The notes: generated by a model from the letters alone, not told the origin. A DNA stretch of 64,000 bases from an uncultured Bacilli bacterium (GCA_934102055.1 CAKOSE010000002.1:35215-99214); one strand, 5' to 3'; counted from the first letter of the stretch, positions 42,108 through 52,846 are shown. Numbers and translations are program-made.

Positions 42108-43205
42108 ATGAGTTTAAAAGCAGGAATAGTAGGACTCCCAAACGTAGGAAAATCAACACTCTTTAATGCAATAACAAAAAAAGATATATTAATAGCAAAT
42201 TATCCATTCGCAACAATAGATCCAAACATAGGAATAGTAAATGTTCCAGATGAAAGACTAATAAAACTAGCTCAAATGTATAATCCAAAAGAAATAAAAC
42301 CAGCAAGTTTTGAATTTGTAGATATCGCAGGAATTGTAAAAGGAGCATCTGAAGGCGAAGGACTAGGAAACAAATTCCTATCACACATAAGAGAAGTCGA
42401 TGCAATATGTGAAGTAGTAAGATGTTTTGATAACAAAGAAATAACTCACGTCGAAGGAAATGTAGATCCAATAAGAGACGTAGAAATAATAAACCTAGAA
42501 TTAGCCCTAGCAGATCTAGAAATAATCTCTAATAGAATAGATAAAATAAAGAAAAAAGCCCAAACAACAAAAGATAAAGAAGCTCTAATCGAGCTAACAG
42601 CACTTGAAAAATCCAAAGAAGCCTTAGAAAAAAATATTCCATTAAGATTAATAAAATATGATGAAGAAGAACTATTCTCATTAAAATCATTCAATCTACT
42701 AACACTAAAACCACATATATACCTAGCAAACGTAAGTGAAGATGAAATAAACAACGACAATAAATATGTAAAAACACTAGAAGAATATGCATCAAAAGAA
42801 AATTCAAAAGTAATCAAAGTATCAGCAAAAATAGAATCAGAACTAGCAGAACTAGAAGAAGACGATAAAAACGAAATGCTAAAAGAACTAGGAATAGAAA
42901 AAAGTGGACTAGATAAACTAGTAGAAACAACCTATTCCCTACTAGGACTAAAAACATACTTCACAGCAGGACCACAAGAAGTAAGAGCATGGACTTACAA
43001 AGACGGAATGAATGCAAAAGAATGTGCAGGAATCATCCACACAGACTTTGAAAAAGGCTTCATAAAAGCAGAAATAATAGCATACAAAGACATGTTAGAA
43101 GCAGGAACAGAACAAAAAGTAAAAGAACTAGGAAAACTAAGACTAGAAGGAAAAGATTACCTAATGCAAGACGGAGATATATGTCATTTTAGATTTAACC
43201 TATAG
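42108..43205 (+). CDS. ychF: redox-regulated ATPase YchF
   Basis: 365 aa. [16 protein letters not shown] and a TGS-like C-terminus. Confidence 0.96.
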   Translation: MSLKAGIVGLPNVGKSTLFNAITKKDILIANYPFATIDPNIGIVNVPDERLIKLAQMYNPKEIKPASFEFVDIAGIVKGASEGEGLGNKFLSHIREVDAICEVVRCFDNKEITHVEGNVDPIRDVEIINLELALADLEIISNRIDKIKKKAQTTKDKEALIELTALEKSKEALEKNIPLRLIKYDEEELFSLKSFNLLTLKPHIYLANVSEDEINNDNKYVKTLEEYASKENSKVIKVSAKIESELAELEEDDKNEMLKELGIEKSGLDKLVETTYSLLGLKTYFTAGPQEVRAWTYKDGMNAKECAGIIHTDFEKGFIKAEIIAYKDMLEAGTEQKVKELGKLRLEGKDYLMQDGDICHFRFNL

Positions 43206-43225
43206 AACTGAAAAGTTCTTTTTTT
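43204..43225 (+). terminator. intrinsic terminator after ychF
   Basis: AGAACT, loop GAAA, AGTTCT, then T6. Confidence 0.8.
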
Positions 43226-43280
43226 AAACAAAAAAATATGCTATAATCAAATTAACTAAAATAATAAGGAGAAGTTAATT

Positions 43281-45281
43281 ATGAAAAAAAGTAAAGCATT
43301 CACCCTAGTCGAAGTCCTAGTAGTAATAGTAATACTAGCCCTACTAGCACTCTTAATAATACCAAACATAACTAAATACACAGAAAAAGCAAAAGATAAA
43401 TATAACGACTCACTAAAAGACGAATTACTACTCGCAGGAAAAGACTTTTACACAAACAACAGATCAAGAATACCCACAAGCATAAGCCCATATCTAAACG
43501 ACTACGTATCACTAAAAGAACTAGCATCACAAAACTACATATCAAAAGAATTCCTAGACAAAAACAAAAACAATTGTATGGACAAAAGTTACGTAGCAAT
43601 AACAAGAAAAGAAGGTACAAATAAATACAATTACAACGTTTGTTTAATATGTGGAGGACAAAAAGTTGAGTGGGATGATCAATATTGTAGTGCCTCAAAA
43701 ATATCCCAAGTATCTTGTGAGCAACAAATATCAAATTTATCTGAAAACAAAGAAAAAGGAAATGTAGAAATAAACTATTATCATGGCGATGAATACATAG
43801 ATATAACAATAAAACCTCCAAAACATGACAATCAAACAGTAATAGTAAACGGAACACTAAAACTTAAAAAAGCAGCACAACCAGGACAAGTTTCTTATAA
43901 GTTAATAAATAAAGCAACAAACAAAATTATAAAAACAGGTAATATAAATAAAAATACTCCTATTGCACTTATTGATAACCAAATAGAAGGACAAGAACCA
44001 CAAGAATACAGATTATCTTTTTCTCAAAATAACAAACAACTAAATCTAAAAAATGGAAGCATTGATATAGAACTAAACATAAAAACTAACATAGAATACA
44101 ATTTCGATTATAAAAAAAAGGCCCAAGAATTCTAAGTCCCTGTAACAGGAGACTATACAATAGAGCTTTGGGGAGCAGCAGGAAACTATAAACAAACTAC
44201 AATAGATAAAGTAGGAAAAGGAGCATACACAAAAGGAATAATTACTTTACAAGAAAGAGAAAAACTATATATTTATACAGGTAAAAATGCAACAGATAAC
44301 GATAAAGATGAAGATGCCTATAAAAAAGAATCCTTTAATGCTGGAAGTACTGCACAAGGAATAATAAAATATCCAAAAAATTCTAATAATCTTACAGGAT
44401 ACCATAACTCATCATCTGGAGGAGGGGCAACAGATGTAAGATTAAAAAAAGAAACAAATTGGAACGATGAAAAAAGCTTACAATCTAGAATAATGGTAGC
44501 AGCAGGAGGTGGCGGAACTCAGTATTATTATTCAACATCAGGAACAGAACAAAAAGTCCTAGGAATCGGAGGAGCCGGTGGAGGTCTAATGGGCTATCCA
44601 GGTTCACAAAAATTTATAACAGGACTTAGTAGAAGTAACATTCACATTCTTGAAAATTATGGAAAAACAACAAATGTAACGGGATACAATCAAGAATTTG
44701 CATTTGTCTCGGGTGGTTCTCAAACATCAGGAGGTCTTGCAAATAAATGTATAAAAAATTCAAAAGAATGTGACTCAGAATCAAAGGGAAGCAATGGGTC
44801 CTTCGGAATCGGCGGAAATGGTTCAAAAAATGAAGCTGGAGGCGGAGGCGGAGGCGGCTACTACGGCGGAGGTGGTGGTGGTGTAGCACACTTTACTGAA
44901 GCTGAATCAGGACTTTGCCACTCTTCCGGAGCAGGAGGCTCATCTTACATATCTGGTCATACAGGAAGTATCTCATATATAAACAAAAACAATTCATCAT
45001 GTAAAGAAATAGTAAAAGATCATAATCCATCTACTTACGAAGGAACAACAAAAAAAGAATGTTCATACTATGATAATACTTACATCTTTAAAAATACAAC
45101 AATGGTAGATGGACAAGGTTATGTATGGAAAAATAAAAGAACAACAAAAAAATCATTAGATAAACCAAATACAGGTTCAGGAAAAGCCAAAATAACATCA
45201 CAAAATCAAAGTACAACAAGTACATTAAAACTAACTTCAAAAACAATAGATTGTACAGTAAAAAGAGTACAAAGCAAGTAG
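43281..45281 (+). pseudogene. prepilin-type N-terminal signal + glycine-rich-domain protein, one frame of 666 codons interrupted by a single in-frame TAA (44133-44135)
   Basis: N-terminus MKKSKA/FTLVEVLVVIVILALL is the class III signal with E+5. I translated 44136-44492 and found no stop, in the same frame as both track ORFs. The junction reads FDYKKKAQEF-stop-VPVTGDYTIELWGAAG. Downstream: SSGGGATDVRL, VAAGGGG, GGGGGGYYGGGGGG. Confidence 0.75.
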
Positions 45282-45302
45282 AAATACTTGCTTTATTCAT
45301 TA

Positions 45303-45332
45303 TTGACAATACTAAAACAACAAGGTTATAAT
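45303..45332 (+). promoter_or_regulatory. near-consensus sigma-A promoter for the ATP-grasp gene
   Basis: TTGACA (45303-45308), an 18-nt spacer, then TATAAT (45327-45332). Preceded by hairpin 45271-45294, which overlaps the upstream stop. Confidence 0.65.
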
Positions 45333-45355
45333 AAAACTAAATAAAGGAGAAGATT

Positions 45356-46384
45356 ATGAAAAGTACAAAAATAATGATAGAAAAAATAAAAGAAATAAAC
45401 TTCAAAAGAATGGATCAATTAGCAAAATATATAGCAGAACAAAATAACAAAACTCCAGGATACGTAAAAAGAGATATGTTTAAAAACTTCTTAAAATATA
45501 AAATAGGATACACAGACTATTTCAAGAGTGATTATATAAATCTAACAACAAAACAAAAAGAAGACTTCGTAACATCAAGAAACTTCTTCAACATCTTAGC
45601 ATACCTAAACCCAAGAGAATATAGAATAGTAACAAAAGATAAACTAATCTTTAACCAAATATTTAAAGACTATATAAAAAGAGATTTTATAGATATAAGA
45701 ACCTCTTCCGAAGAAGATATAAAAAAATTCATTAAAGGAAAAAAACACGTTTTTGCAAAACCAAACACAGACTTCGGAGGACATAACATAGAAAAAATAA
45801 CAGTCAAAGACATAACAGATCTAAAAGAATTCAAAAATAAACTAATCCAAAACAAACAATATCTCCTAGAAGATGAAATAATCCAAAACAAAGAAGTAAA
45901 TAAAATAAATCCAAATGCAGTAAACACATTTAGAATAATAACCCTATATAAAGATGGAAAGGCTCATGTCCTAGCAAACTCATTTAGAATAAGCCTAGAC
46001 GAAAACCCTGCTATTCAATGTTGGGACGCATATATGAGACTAAATGAAGACGGAACCCCAGCCTGCAAATTCGTAGACGATGCCGGAAAAATATTCGACA
46101 CCCATCCCCTAACAGGATTTGATTTTAACACCATAAAAAAAATACCATACGTAAAAGAATCATATGAAATGGTAAAACAAGCAGCCCTACTAATTCCAGA
46201 AATAAGATATATAGGTTGGGATGTAGCACTAACAGAAAAAGGTCCAGTAGTAATCGAAGGAAACGAATATCCAAGCTATGGACTAATCCAAAACTATTTA
46301 TTAAACAAAGATAATCCAGGGCACCTAAAACAAATAAAAGATGTTCTAGGAGAAGAATTTAAAAATATAAAATTAAACAATTAA
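45356..46384 (+). CDS. ATP-grasp protein (sugar-transfer-associated ATP-grasp type)
   Basis: 342 aa. HVFAKPNTDFGGHNIEK, NAVNTFRIITL and IGWDVALTEKGPVVIEGNEYPS fit the ATPgrasp_ST pattern as I recall it. Confidence 0.7.
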   Translation: MKSTKIMIEKIKEINFKRMDQLAKYIAEQNNKTPGYVKRDMFKNFLKYKIGYTDYFKSDYINLTTKQKEDFVTSRNFFNILAYLNPREYRIVTKDKLIFNQIFKDYIKRDFIDIRTSSEEDIKKFIKGKKHVFAKPNTDFGGHNIEKITVKDITDLKEFKNKLIQNKQYLLEDEIIQNKEVNKINPNAVNTFRIITLYKDGKAHVLANSFRISLDENPAIQCWDAYMRLNEDGTPACKFVDDAGKIFDTHPLTGFDFNTIKKIPYVKESYEMVKQAALLIPEIRYIGWDVALTEKGPVVIEGNEYPSYGLIQNYLLNKDNPGHLKQIKDVLGEEFKNIKLNN

Positions 46385-46393
46385 GAGATAATT

Positions 46394-46645
46394 ATGAACG
46401 AAGAAATAGAAAAAATAAAACAAAGAAACAAACGAGTATAATTAGATAAAAACTAGGGAACAAGTAAAACAATAAGAACTTTTATATGTATATTAACCTA
46501 CATAATAGTACTAATATATTCATATATAATAAAAAGTACAAGTAGTATTTTTCTAAGTTCATTAGTACCAGTAATAGGTTTCGCCTTATCTACCCTATCC
46601 TTAAAATATATAAGAAAACTATGGGAAAAACAAAACAAAAACTAG
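46394..46645 (+). pseudogene. small 2-TM protein gene with two in-frame stops (TAA 46439, TAG 46454)
   Basis: Single frame: MNEEIEKIKQRNKRV-stop-LDKN-stop-GTSKTIRTFICILTYIIVLIYSYIIKSTSSIFLSSLVPVIGFALSTLSLKYIRKLWEKQNKN-stop. Confidence 0.6.
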
Positions 46646-46738
46646 ACAAAAACAAAATTTATTGTTATAATACAAAACGAGTATTAAATTACTCCTTGCT
46701 TCATCAGAAGCCATAAGACCAAAAGGAGGTGTAAAAGT

Positions 46739-47026
46739 ATGAAAAAGTACGAAATAATGTTCATCGTAAAACCAACACTAGAAGAAGCATCAATCAAAAA
46801 AGCATACGAAGATATGAAAAAAGTACTAACAGATAACAATGCTAACATACTTGAAGAAAAAGAAATGGGACAAAGAGATTTAGCTTATGAAATAAAAAAG
46901 CATAAAACAGGTTACTATTATCTTTTAACAGTTGAAGCTCCAAGAGAAGCAATCAGCGAATTCAATCGTATAGTTAACATTAGTGACACAGTTATCCGTG
47001 CATTAGTAACAAAAATGGAAAATTAA
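46739..47026 (+). CDS. rpsF: 30S ribosomal protein S6
   Basis: 95 aa, MKKYEIMFIVKP. rpsF-ssb-rpsR operon. Confidence 0.97.
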   Translation: MKKYEIMFIVKPTLEEASIKKAYEDMKKVLTDNNANILEEKEMGQRDLAYEIKKHKTGYYYLLTVEAPREAISEFNRIVNISDTVIRALVTKMEN

Positions 47027-47036
47027 GAGGTAAAAA

Positions 47037-47540
47037 ATGAATAAAGTATTTTTAATAGGAAGATTAGTAAGAGATCCAGAATTAAGATATACATCTTCAA
47101 ACATACCAGTTGCAACATTCTCTCTAGCAGTAAACAGAAACTTTGCTGGACAAAACGGAGAAAGAGAAACAGATTTCATTAACATAGTTGTTTGGAGAAA
47201 ACAAGCAGAAAACTGTAAAAATTATATAAATCAAGGCAGTCAAGTTGCTATAGACGGACGTATTCAAACAAGAAGTTATGATGATCAAAATGGTCAAAAA
47301 AGATATGTAACAGAAGTAGTAGCAGATAATGTTCAATTTTTAGATACAAAAGCATCAAGAGAACAAAGAGAACAAAACATTAACGCAAATCCATATGGTA
47401 TAGAAACACAACAAGAAAACGTTAATCCGTATAATTTTGACAAACAACAAACAAATAACAAAGCAAGATCTATTCCAGAAGATCCATTTAAAGACTTCGG
47501 ATCAGAAATAAAAATTGAAGAAAACGACTTGCCATTCTAA
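47037..47540 (+). CDS. ssb: single-stranded DNA-binding protein
   Basis: 167 aa. OB fold MNKVFLIGRLVRDPELRYT and an acidic tip ending DLPF. Confidence 0.97.
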   Translation: MNKVFLIGRLVRDPELRYTSSNIPVATFSLAVNRNFAGQNGERETDFINIVVWRKQAENCKNYINQGSQVAIDGRIQTRSYDDQNGQKRYVTEVVADNVQFLDTKASREQREQNINANPYGIETQQENVNPYNFDKQQTNNKARSIPEDPFKDFGSEIKIEENDLPF

Positions 47541-47559
47541 TCTATAAGGAGGAAAAAAC

Positions 47560-47775
47560 ATGGCAGAATTCTATAAAAAAAGAAAAAAAAGATGTTACAT
47601 GTGTGAAGGAAAAGAAATCAACTATAAAGACGTTGATATCCTAAAAAAATATATAAATGAAAGAGGAAAAATTCTTCCAAGACGTGTAACTGGAGCATGT
47701 GCTAAACATCAAAGATATATAGCAGGAGAAATCAAAAAAGCACGTGTAATTGGTCTATTACCATTCGTAAAATAA
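47560..47775 (+). CDS. rpsR: 30S ribosomal protein S18
   Basis: 71 aa. [24 protein letters not shown]. Confidence 0.97.
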   Translation: MAEFYKKRKKRCYMCEGKEINYKDVDILKKYINERGKILPRRVTGACAKHQRYIAGEIKKARVIGLLPFVK

Positions 47776-47865
47776 ACAATTTTGTTTATTTTTTTTCTTA
47801 TCCAAAAAAAATGACATATCCCTATTTTTTTGATATAATATTTAAAGAAACAAGGGAGGAGTACT

Positions 47866-48828
47866 ATGGGACTAAAAGAATTAAAAAAACAAATATCAAA
47901 AGAAATGTTTCACTCCAAAGAAGTATTCTTAACAGCACACAAAGAAATAGATCTAGATGCCTTTGCATCTATGGTAGGATTTTCATTAATATCAAAAAAA
48001 TATAAAAACAAAACTTATCTAATAATAGACGATAAAGAAATAGAACCCGCAACCAAACAAGCACTAAATTCCGTAAAATCAAAAATAAATATAATAACAT
48101 CAAAAAAGGCAAAAGGATTAATCACAAAAAAATCTATTCTCTATATACTAGATACCAATAAACCAAAACTAATATGTTGCGAAAATCTCCTAGAAAACTT
48201 TAAAGAAGTAACAGTAATAGATCATCACACAAAAAGCCAAGAAACACTAAAATCAAAAAAATTATATATAGACGAAAAATCAACTTCTACCTGCGAAATA
48301 GTAGCAAATTTATTAAATAAATTCAGAATAAAAGTACCAAAACAATACGCAACATTAATGCTCGGAGGAATAGCACTAGATACAAACAACTTCATGTACA
48401 AAATGACAAGAAAAGCATTTTATTATTGTTACTATCTATCAACAAAAGGAGCAGACGTAAACGAAGCTCAAAGCTTTTTAAAACAAGACCTAGAAGAATA
48501 CGTAAATAGATCAAAAATGGTAGGGAATACAAAAATAGACGGAGAAATAGCCCTAGCAACAGGACAAAAAGGAAAAATATACACAAGACAAGAACTGGCA
48601 AAAACAGCAGATTTACTCCTACAATTCAAAGGAATAAAAACATCATTTGCAATAGGATACCTAGAAAAAAACAAAGTAGGAATAAGCACTAGATCGATCA
48701 AAAAAATAGATGCAGGAAAACTAATGGAAGAATTCGGAGGCGGAGGAAACAAAACCGAAGCCGCAGCAATAATAGAAAACACAACCATAAAAAAAATTGA
48801 AGAACAAATATATCAAAAAATAAAATAA
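47866..48828 (+). CDS. stand-alone DHH/DHHA1 phosphoesterase (GdpP catalytic-domain-like, no TM/PAS/GGDEF part)
   Basis: 320 aa. DLD, VIDHH and ALDTNNF motifs. DHHA1 reads [12 protein letters not shown]. Occupies the rpsR-rplI slot held by gdpP (yybT) in B. subtilis. Confidence 0.8.
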   Translation: MGLKELKKQISKEMFHSKEVFLTAHKEIDLDAFASMVGFSLISKKYKNKTYLIIDDKEIEPATKQALNSVKSKINIITSKKAKGLITKKSILYILDTNKPKLICCENLLENFKEVTVIDHHTKSQETLKSKKLYIDEKSTSTCEIVANLLNKFRIKVPKQYATLMLGGIALDTNNFMYKMTRKAFYYCYYLSTKGADVNEAQSFLKQDLEEYVNRSKMVGNTKIDGEIALATGQKGKIYTRQELAKTADLLLQFKGIKTSFAIGYLEKNKVGISTRSIKKIDAGKLMEEFGGGGNKTEAAAIIENTTIKKIEEQIYQKIK

Positions 48829-48838
48829 GGAGGCTAAC

Positions 48839-49276
48839 ATGAAAGTAATATTTATAAAGGATCTAAAAAACCAAGGCAAAAAAGGAGAAATAAAAGAAGT
48901 TAAAGATGGATATGCAAAAAATTTCTTAATAAAAAATGGATATGCAATAAAAGAAACAAAAGAAAGCCTAAGAATATTAGATAGAGATAACAAAAAAGCC
49001 CAAGAACTAGATGAACAACATAAAAAAGAAGCCCAAGAATTAAAACAAAAACTAGAACAAGAAAAAATCTCATTTCAAGTAAAAACAGGACAAAATGATA
49101 AAGTATTTGGAAGCATATCAGCAAAACAAATAAAAGATAAACTAGATGAAAAATATAAAATAGACAAAAAACAAATATTAATAAAAAACCAAATAACATC
49201 ATTAGGTTTTCACGAGGTAGAAATACACTTGTATAAAGATATAATAGCAAAAATAAAAGTAGAAGTAAAAAAGTAG
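48839..49276 (+). CDS. rplI: 50S ribosomal protein L9
   Basis: 145 aa. [30 protein letters not shown]. Confidence 0.97.
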   Translation: MKVIFIKDLKNQGKKGEIKEVKDGYAKNFLIKNGYAIKETKESLRILDRDNKKAQELDEQHKKEAQELKQKLEQEKISFQVKTGQNDKVFGSISAKQIKDKLDEKYKIDKKQILIKNQITSLGFHEVEIHLYKDIIAKIKVEVKK

Positions 49277-50638
49277 GTGCATAATTTGAAAAAAGAAATA
49301 CCAAATAACATAGAAGCAGAACAATCCGTACTAGGAGCAATGCTACTTTCAAAATATGCCTTAGAAAAAGCCGTAGAAACCTTAACAAACGAAAGTTTCT
49401 TTTTAGATAAACATGCAAAAATATTCAACGCATTAAAAAATCTCCAAAACAAAAAAGTAGCAGTAGATATAACTACTCTAACAACAGAACTAAAAGATGA
49501 AAACACACTAAATGAAATTGGTGGTGTAGAATACCTATCAGATATTCTAGATAATACTCCTACTGCAGCAAATATAGATCATTATATAAAAATAGTCGAA
49601 GACAAAAGCATCCTAAGAAACCTAATAGAAGAAGCAACAGAAATAGCAACTCTAGGATATACAAACGAATTTTCCATAAATGAAACCCTAGACAAAGCAG
49701 AAAGTAAAATTTTAAATGTTGTAAAAAATAGAAAATCAAGCGACATAAAACAAATGCCCGAAGTACTAGCAGAATTTCAAGAAAACCTAGAAAAACTAGC
49801 AAACAACAAAGGAAAAATAAGTGGACTTCCATCAGGATTCTATGATTTGGATAACTTAACAGACGGATTTCATAAAAACGAACTAGTAATTCTAGCAGCA
49901 CGTCCAGCTATGGGAAAAACAGCCCTAGCACTAAATATAGCAACAAACATAGCATTAAAATCAAAAAAATCAGTAATAATATTTACACTAGAAATGCGTG
50001 CTGAACAATTAATATCACGTATGATATCATCACTTGGACAAGTAGATGCAAAAAAACTACAAAATGGTTCATTAGATAGCAAAGACTGGCAAAGAGTAAA
50101 CGAAGCAGTAAGTCAATTATCTGAAACAAATATCTATATAGATGATTCCCCAGGAGTAACAATCGGAGATATAAAAGCAAAAGCAAGAAGAATAGCAAGC
50201 CAAGATGAAAACCTAGGAATAATCCTAATAGACTACTTAACACTAATAGGAAGCATGGGAAAATACGCTGGAAACAGACAACAAGAAGTATCAGAAATCT
50301 CAAGAGCATTAAAAACACTAGCTCTAGAACTACAAATCCCAGTAGTAACCCTAGCACAATTATCAAGAACACCAGAACTAAGAGAAAACAAAAGACCAGT
50401 ACTAAGTGATCTAAGAGAATCCGGCTCAATCGAACAAGATGCTGATATAGTTGCATTTATTTATAGAGATGACTATTACAACGAAAACTCAAAAATAGAC
50501 GACAACATGAGTAAAACAGAAATAATAGTAAGAAAAAATAGAAGTGGTAAAATAGGAACAGCAGAAGTCCTATTCAAAAAAAATACCCTATCATTCATGA
50601 ATTATAGAAATGAAGAAAAAAGAGGTGAAACCAGTTGA
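49277..50638 (+). CDS. dnaB: replicative DNA helicase (DnaB family, DnaC in Bacillus naming)
   Basis: 453 aa. EAEQSVLGAML and Walker A ARPAMGKTA. Start is GTG 49277 or TTG 49286 (after GGTG). Confidence 0.95.
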   Translation: MHNLKKEIPNNIEAEQSVLGAMLLSKYALEKAVETLTNESFFLDKHAKIFNALKNLQNKKVAVDITTLTTELKDENTLNEIGGVEYLSDILDNTPTAANIDHYIKIVEDKSILRNLIEEATEIATLGYTNEFSINETLDKAESKILNVVKNRKSSDIKQMPEVLAEFQENLEKLANNKGKISGLPSGFYDLDNLTDGFHKNELVILAARPAMGKTALALNIATNIALKSKKSVIIFTLEMRAEQLISRMISSLGQVDAKKLQNGSLDSKDWQRVNEAVSQLSETNIYIDDSPGVTIGDIKAKARRIASQDENLGIILIDYLTLIGSMGKYAGNRQQEVSEISRALKTLALELQIPVVTLAQLSRTPELRENKRPVLSDLRESGSIEQDADIVAFIYRDDYYNENSKIDDNMSKTEIIVRKNRSGKIGTAEVLFKKNTLSFMNYRNEEKRGETS

Positions 50639-52104
50639 ATAAAGCAAAAATAGTCTTCCTAACAATTCTAGCACTAGCAATAAGCATAATAACAATCATA
50701 CTAGAAAGCACTTCATATGTTTACTACGAAGCCCAAAACGTATATAGAGTTTATCTAAACGGAACATCTCTAGGGATAATAGAAAGCAAAGACGAACTAG
50801 AAAAATACGTAAACAAACAACAAGAAGCCTTAAAAGAAAAATACAACGTAGATAACGTATATATACCACAAGGACTAAAAATAACAAAAGAAACAACATA
50901 TAATCAAAACACAGAAAACGTAGAGAGTATCTATAACAAAATAGCCAACCAAGAGGACTTCACAATAAATGGATACACAATAACAATAACAGATCTAAAA
51001 GAATCAGAAAAAGATCAAAAAGGAACAGTAAATACACAAAAAATAAAAGAATATCTCTATATACTAGATGAAAGTATCCTAAAAGAAGCAATAAACGACG
51101 TAGTAAACTCATTCGTAGATGAAAAAGAATACGAAAACTACCTAAATGAAATAAAAAAAGATCAAACAGCCCTAGGAGAAACCATAGAAAACGTCTATGT
51201 AAAAGAACAAATATCAATCAAAAAAGGAAGAATACCTGCAAACCAAAAAATATACCAAACAAGACAAGAACTCGCAAAATACCTACTATTCGGTACAAAT
51301 GAAAAAAACAAAACATACACAGTAAAAGAAGGAGACAGTGTTAAATCAATCTCAAACAAAAACAAAATGTCAACAGAAGAATTCCTAATAGCAAACCAAG
51401 ACATATCAGATGAAAATGCCCTTCTTTACAAAGGACAAGAAGTAGTAATAAGTTATATCAATCCAAGAATTACAATAGTAGAAGAAACACATTCAGTAAA
51501 AAAAGAATCCATCAGATATAAAACAATAGAAAAAACAGACGAAAACCTAATGCCAGGACACTATGAAATAATCCAAAGTGGAAAAAAAGGTGAAAGTAAA
51601 ATAACAAGAAAAATAGAAAAACAAAACGGAAAAATAACAGAAGCCCTAATCATTTCAAGTGAAGTCTTAAAAGAACCAATAAACAAAATAGTAAAAACAG
51701 GAAGCAGTGTCGATTGGGCTTGGCCAACAGTAAGTAATTACACCATAACAGAACACTTTGGATATGTACTCCGTAGTGATATTGGAGAAAGCACAGCAAG
51801 ATCACACGACGGAATAGATATCGCAGGACTAGGATGTGGTTCACCAATATATGCAGCAAATTCAGGAACAGTAATATATGCCGGATGGGGTTCAGGATTT
51901 GGTAACGAAATAGAAATAAATCACGGCAAAGGAATAGTAACAACCTATGCCCATCTAAATAGTATATACGTTTCAGTAGGACAAACAGTCAAAAAAGGAC
52001 AAAGAATCGGAGCAATGGGTAACACAGGATACTCATTCGGTTGTCATTTACATTACCAATTAACAAAAAATGGCACACTATACGATCCAATGGCACTTTA
52101 CTAA
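50635..52104 (+). CDS. membrane-anchored LysM + G5 + M23 peptidase
   Basis: 489 aa. N-terminal TM. LysM YTVKEGDSVKSISNK. G5 block ...GHYEIIQSGKKGESKITRKIEKQNGK. M23 HDGIDIA...GNTGYSFGCHLHYQL. TTG start after AGAGGTGA. Confidence 0.9.
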   Translation: MNKAKIVFLTILALAISIITIILESTSYVYYEAQNVYRVYLNGTSLGIIESKDELEKYVNKQQEALKEKYNVDNVYIPQGLKITKETTYNQNTENVESIYNKIANQEDFTINGYTITITDLKESEKDQKGTVNTQKIKEYLYILDESILKEAINDVVNSFVDEKEYENYLNEIKKDQTALGETIENVYVKEQISIKKGRIPANQKIYQTRQELAKYLLFGTNEKNKTYTVKEGDSVKSISNKNKMSTEEFLIANQDISDENALLYKGQEVVISYINPRITIVEETHSVKKESIRYKTIEKTDENLMPGHYEIIQSGKKGESKITRKIEKQNGKITEALIISSEVLKEPINKIVKTGSSVDWAWPTVSNYTITEHFGYVLRSDIGESTARSHDGIDIAGLGCGSPIYAANSGTVIYAGWGSGFGNEIEINHGKGIVTTYAHLNSIYVSVGQTVKKGQRIGAMGNTGYSFGCHLHYQLTKNGTLYDPMALY

Positions 52105-52105
52105 C

Positions 52106-52846
52106 ATGAGAATAACAATATTAGCAAGTGGATCAAAAGGCAATTCAACACTAATAGAAACAAACACAAAAAACATCTTAATAGACGTTGGATTGCCCCT
52201 ATCAAACCTAGAAAAAAGATTAGAAAGAAGTATGCCTAAAATAGATATCCTCATAATAACCCATACCCATATAGATCACATCAAAGGAATAAAATCACTA
52301 TTAAAAAAACAAAATCCAATAATATATACCCTAGAAAACAACCTAGAAGAAAAAATAGAACAAACACACCTAATAACACACGAAAAAACATACGAAGAAG
52401 AAAACCTAACAATAAACCTATTTGAACTATCACATGATACCCCCTGTCTAGGAGTATATCTAAAAGAAGAAGAAAACGAATTAATATATATAACAGACAC
52501 AGGATATATAAAAGAAAAACTACTAAAAAAATATCCAAACAAAACAATATATATAATAGAAAGCAACTACGAAGAAGAAATGCTAATGAACGGTTCCTAT
52601 CCATTCTATCTAAAACAAAGAATAAGAAGTGATAAAGGACACATATCAAATGAAGATACATGTAGATACCTAACAAAACTAATAGGAAACAAAACAAAAT
52701 ACATATGTCTAGCCCATCTAAGCGAAGAAAACAACGACAAAGACATAGTAAAAGAAAAAGTAACAAATACAATAAACAAACTAAATAACAAACCAGAACA
52801 CATAATAATATGCAGTCAAACAGAAAAAAAAGAAATAATACTATGA
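52106..52846 (+). CDS. yycJ: MBL-fold hydrolase YycJ/WalJ
   Basis: MRITILASGSKGNSTLIE and HTHIDHIKG. ATG 52106 avoids overlap with the upstream gene; the track start is 52070. Confidence 0.88.
   Translation: MRITILASGSKGNSTLIETNTKNILIDVGLPLSNLEKRLERSMPKIDILIITHTHIDHIKGIKSLLKKQNPIIYTLENNLEEKIEQTHLITHEKTYEEENLTINLFELSHDTPCLGVYLKEEENELIYITDTGYIKEKLLKKYPNKTIYIIESNYEEEMLMNGSYPFYLKQRIRSDKGHISNEDTCRYLTKLIGNKTKYICLAHLSEENNDKDIVKEKVTNTINKLNNKPEHIIICSQTEKKEIIL

Noticed and set aside
22425-46645. Idea that the recurrent in-frame TAA/TAG codons reflect a reassigned genetic code
   Set aside because: TAA, TAG and TGA all terminate the conserved core genes in this window at the expected lengths. The interrupted genes are all accessory or island genes, and some also carry frameshifts.
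46646-46738. Possible S6:S18-binding leader structure upstream of rpsF (hairpins GAGTA..TACTC and GCTTC..GAAGC)
   Set aside because: I cannot verify the conserved motif from memory, so it stays an unconfirmed 5' UTR.
47811-48005. 64-aa ORF overlapping the start of the DHH gene in another frame
   Set aside because: It begins within the promoter region. The DHH frame has the GGGAGGAG RBS and homology.
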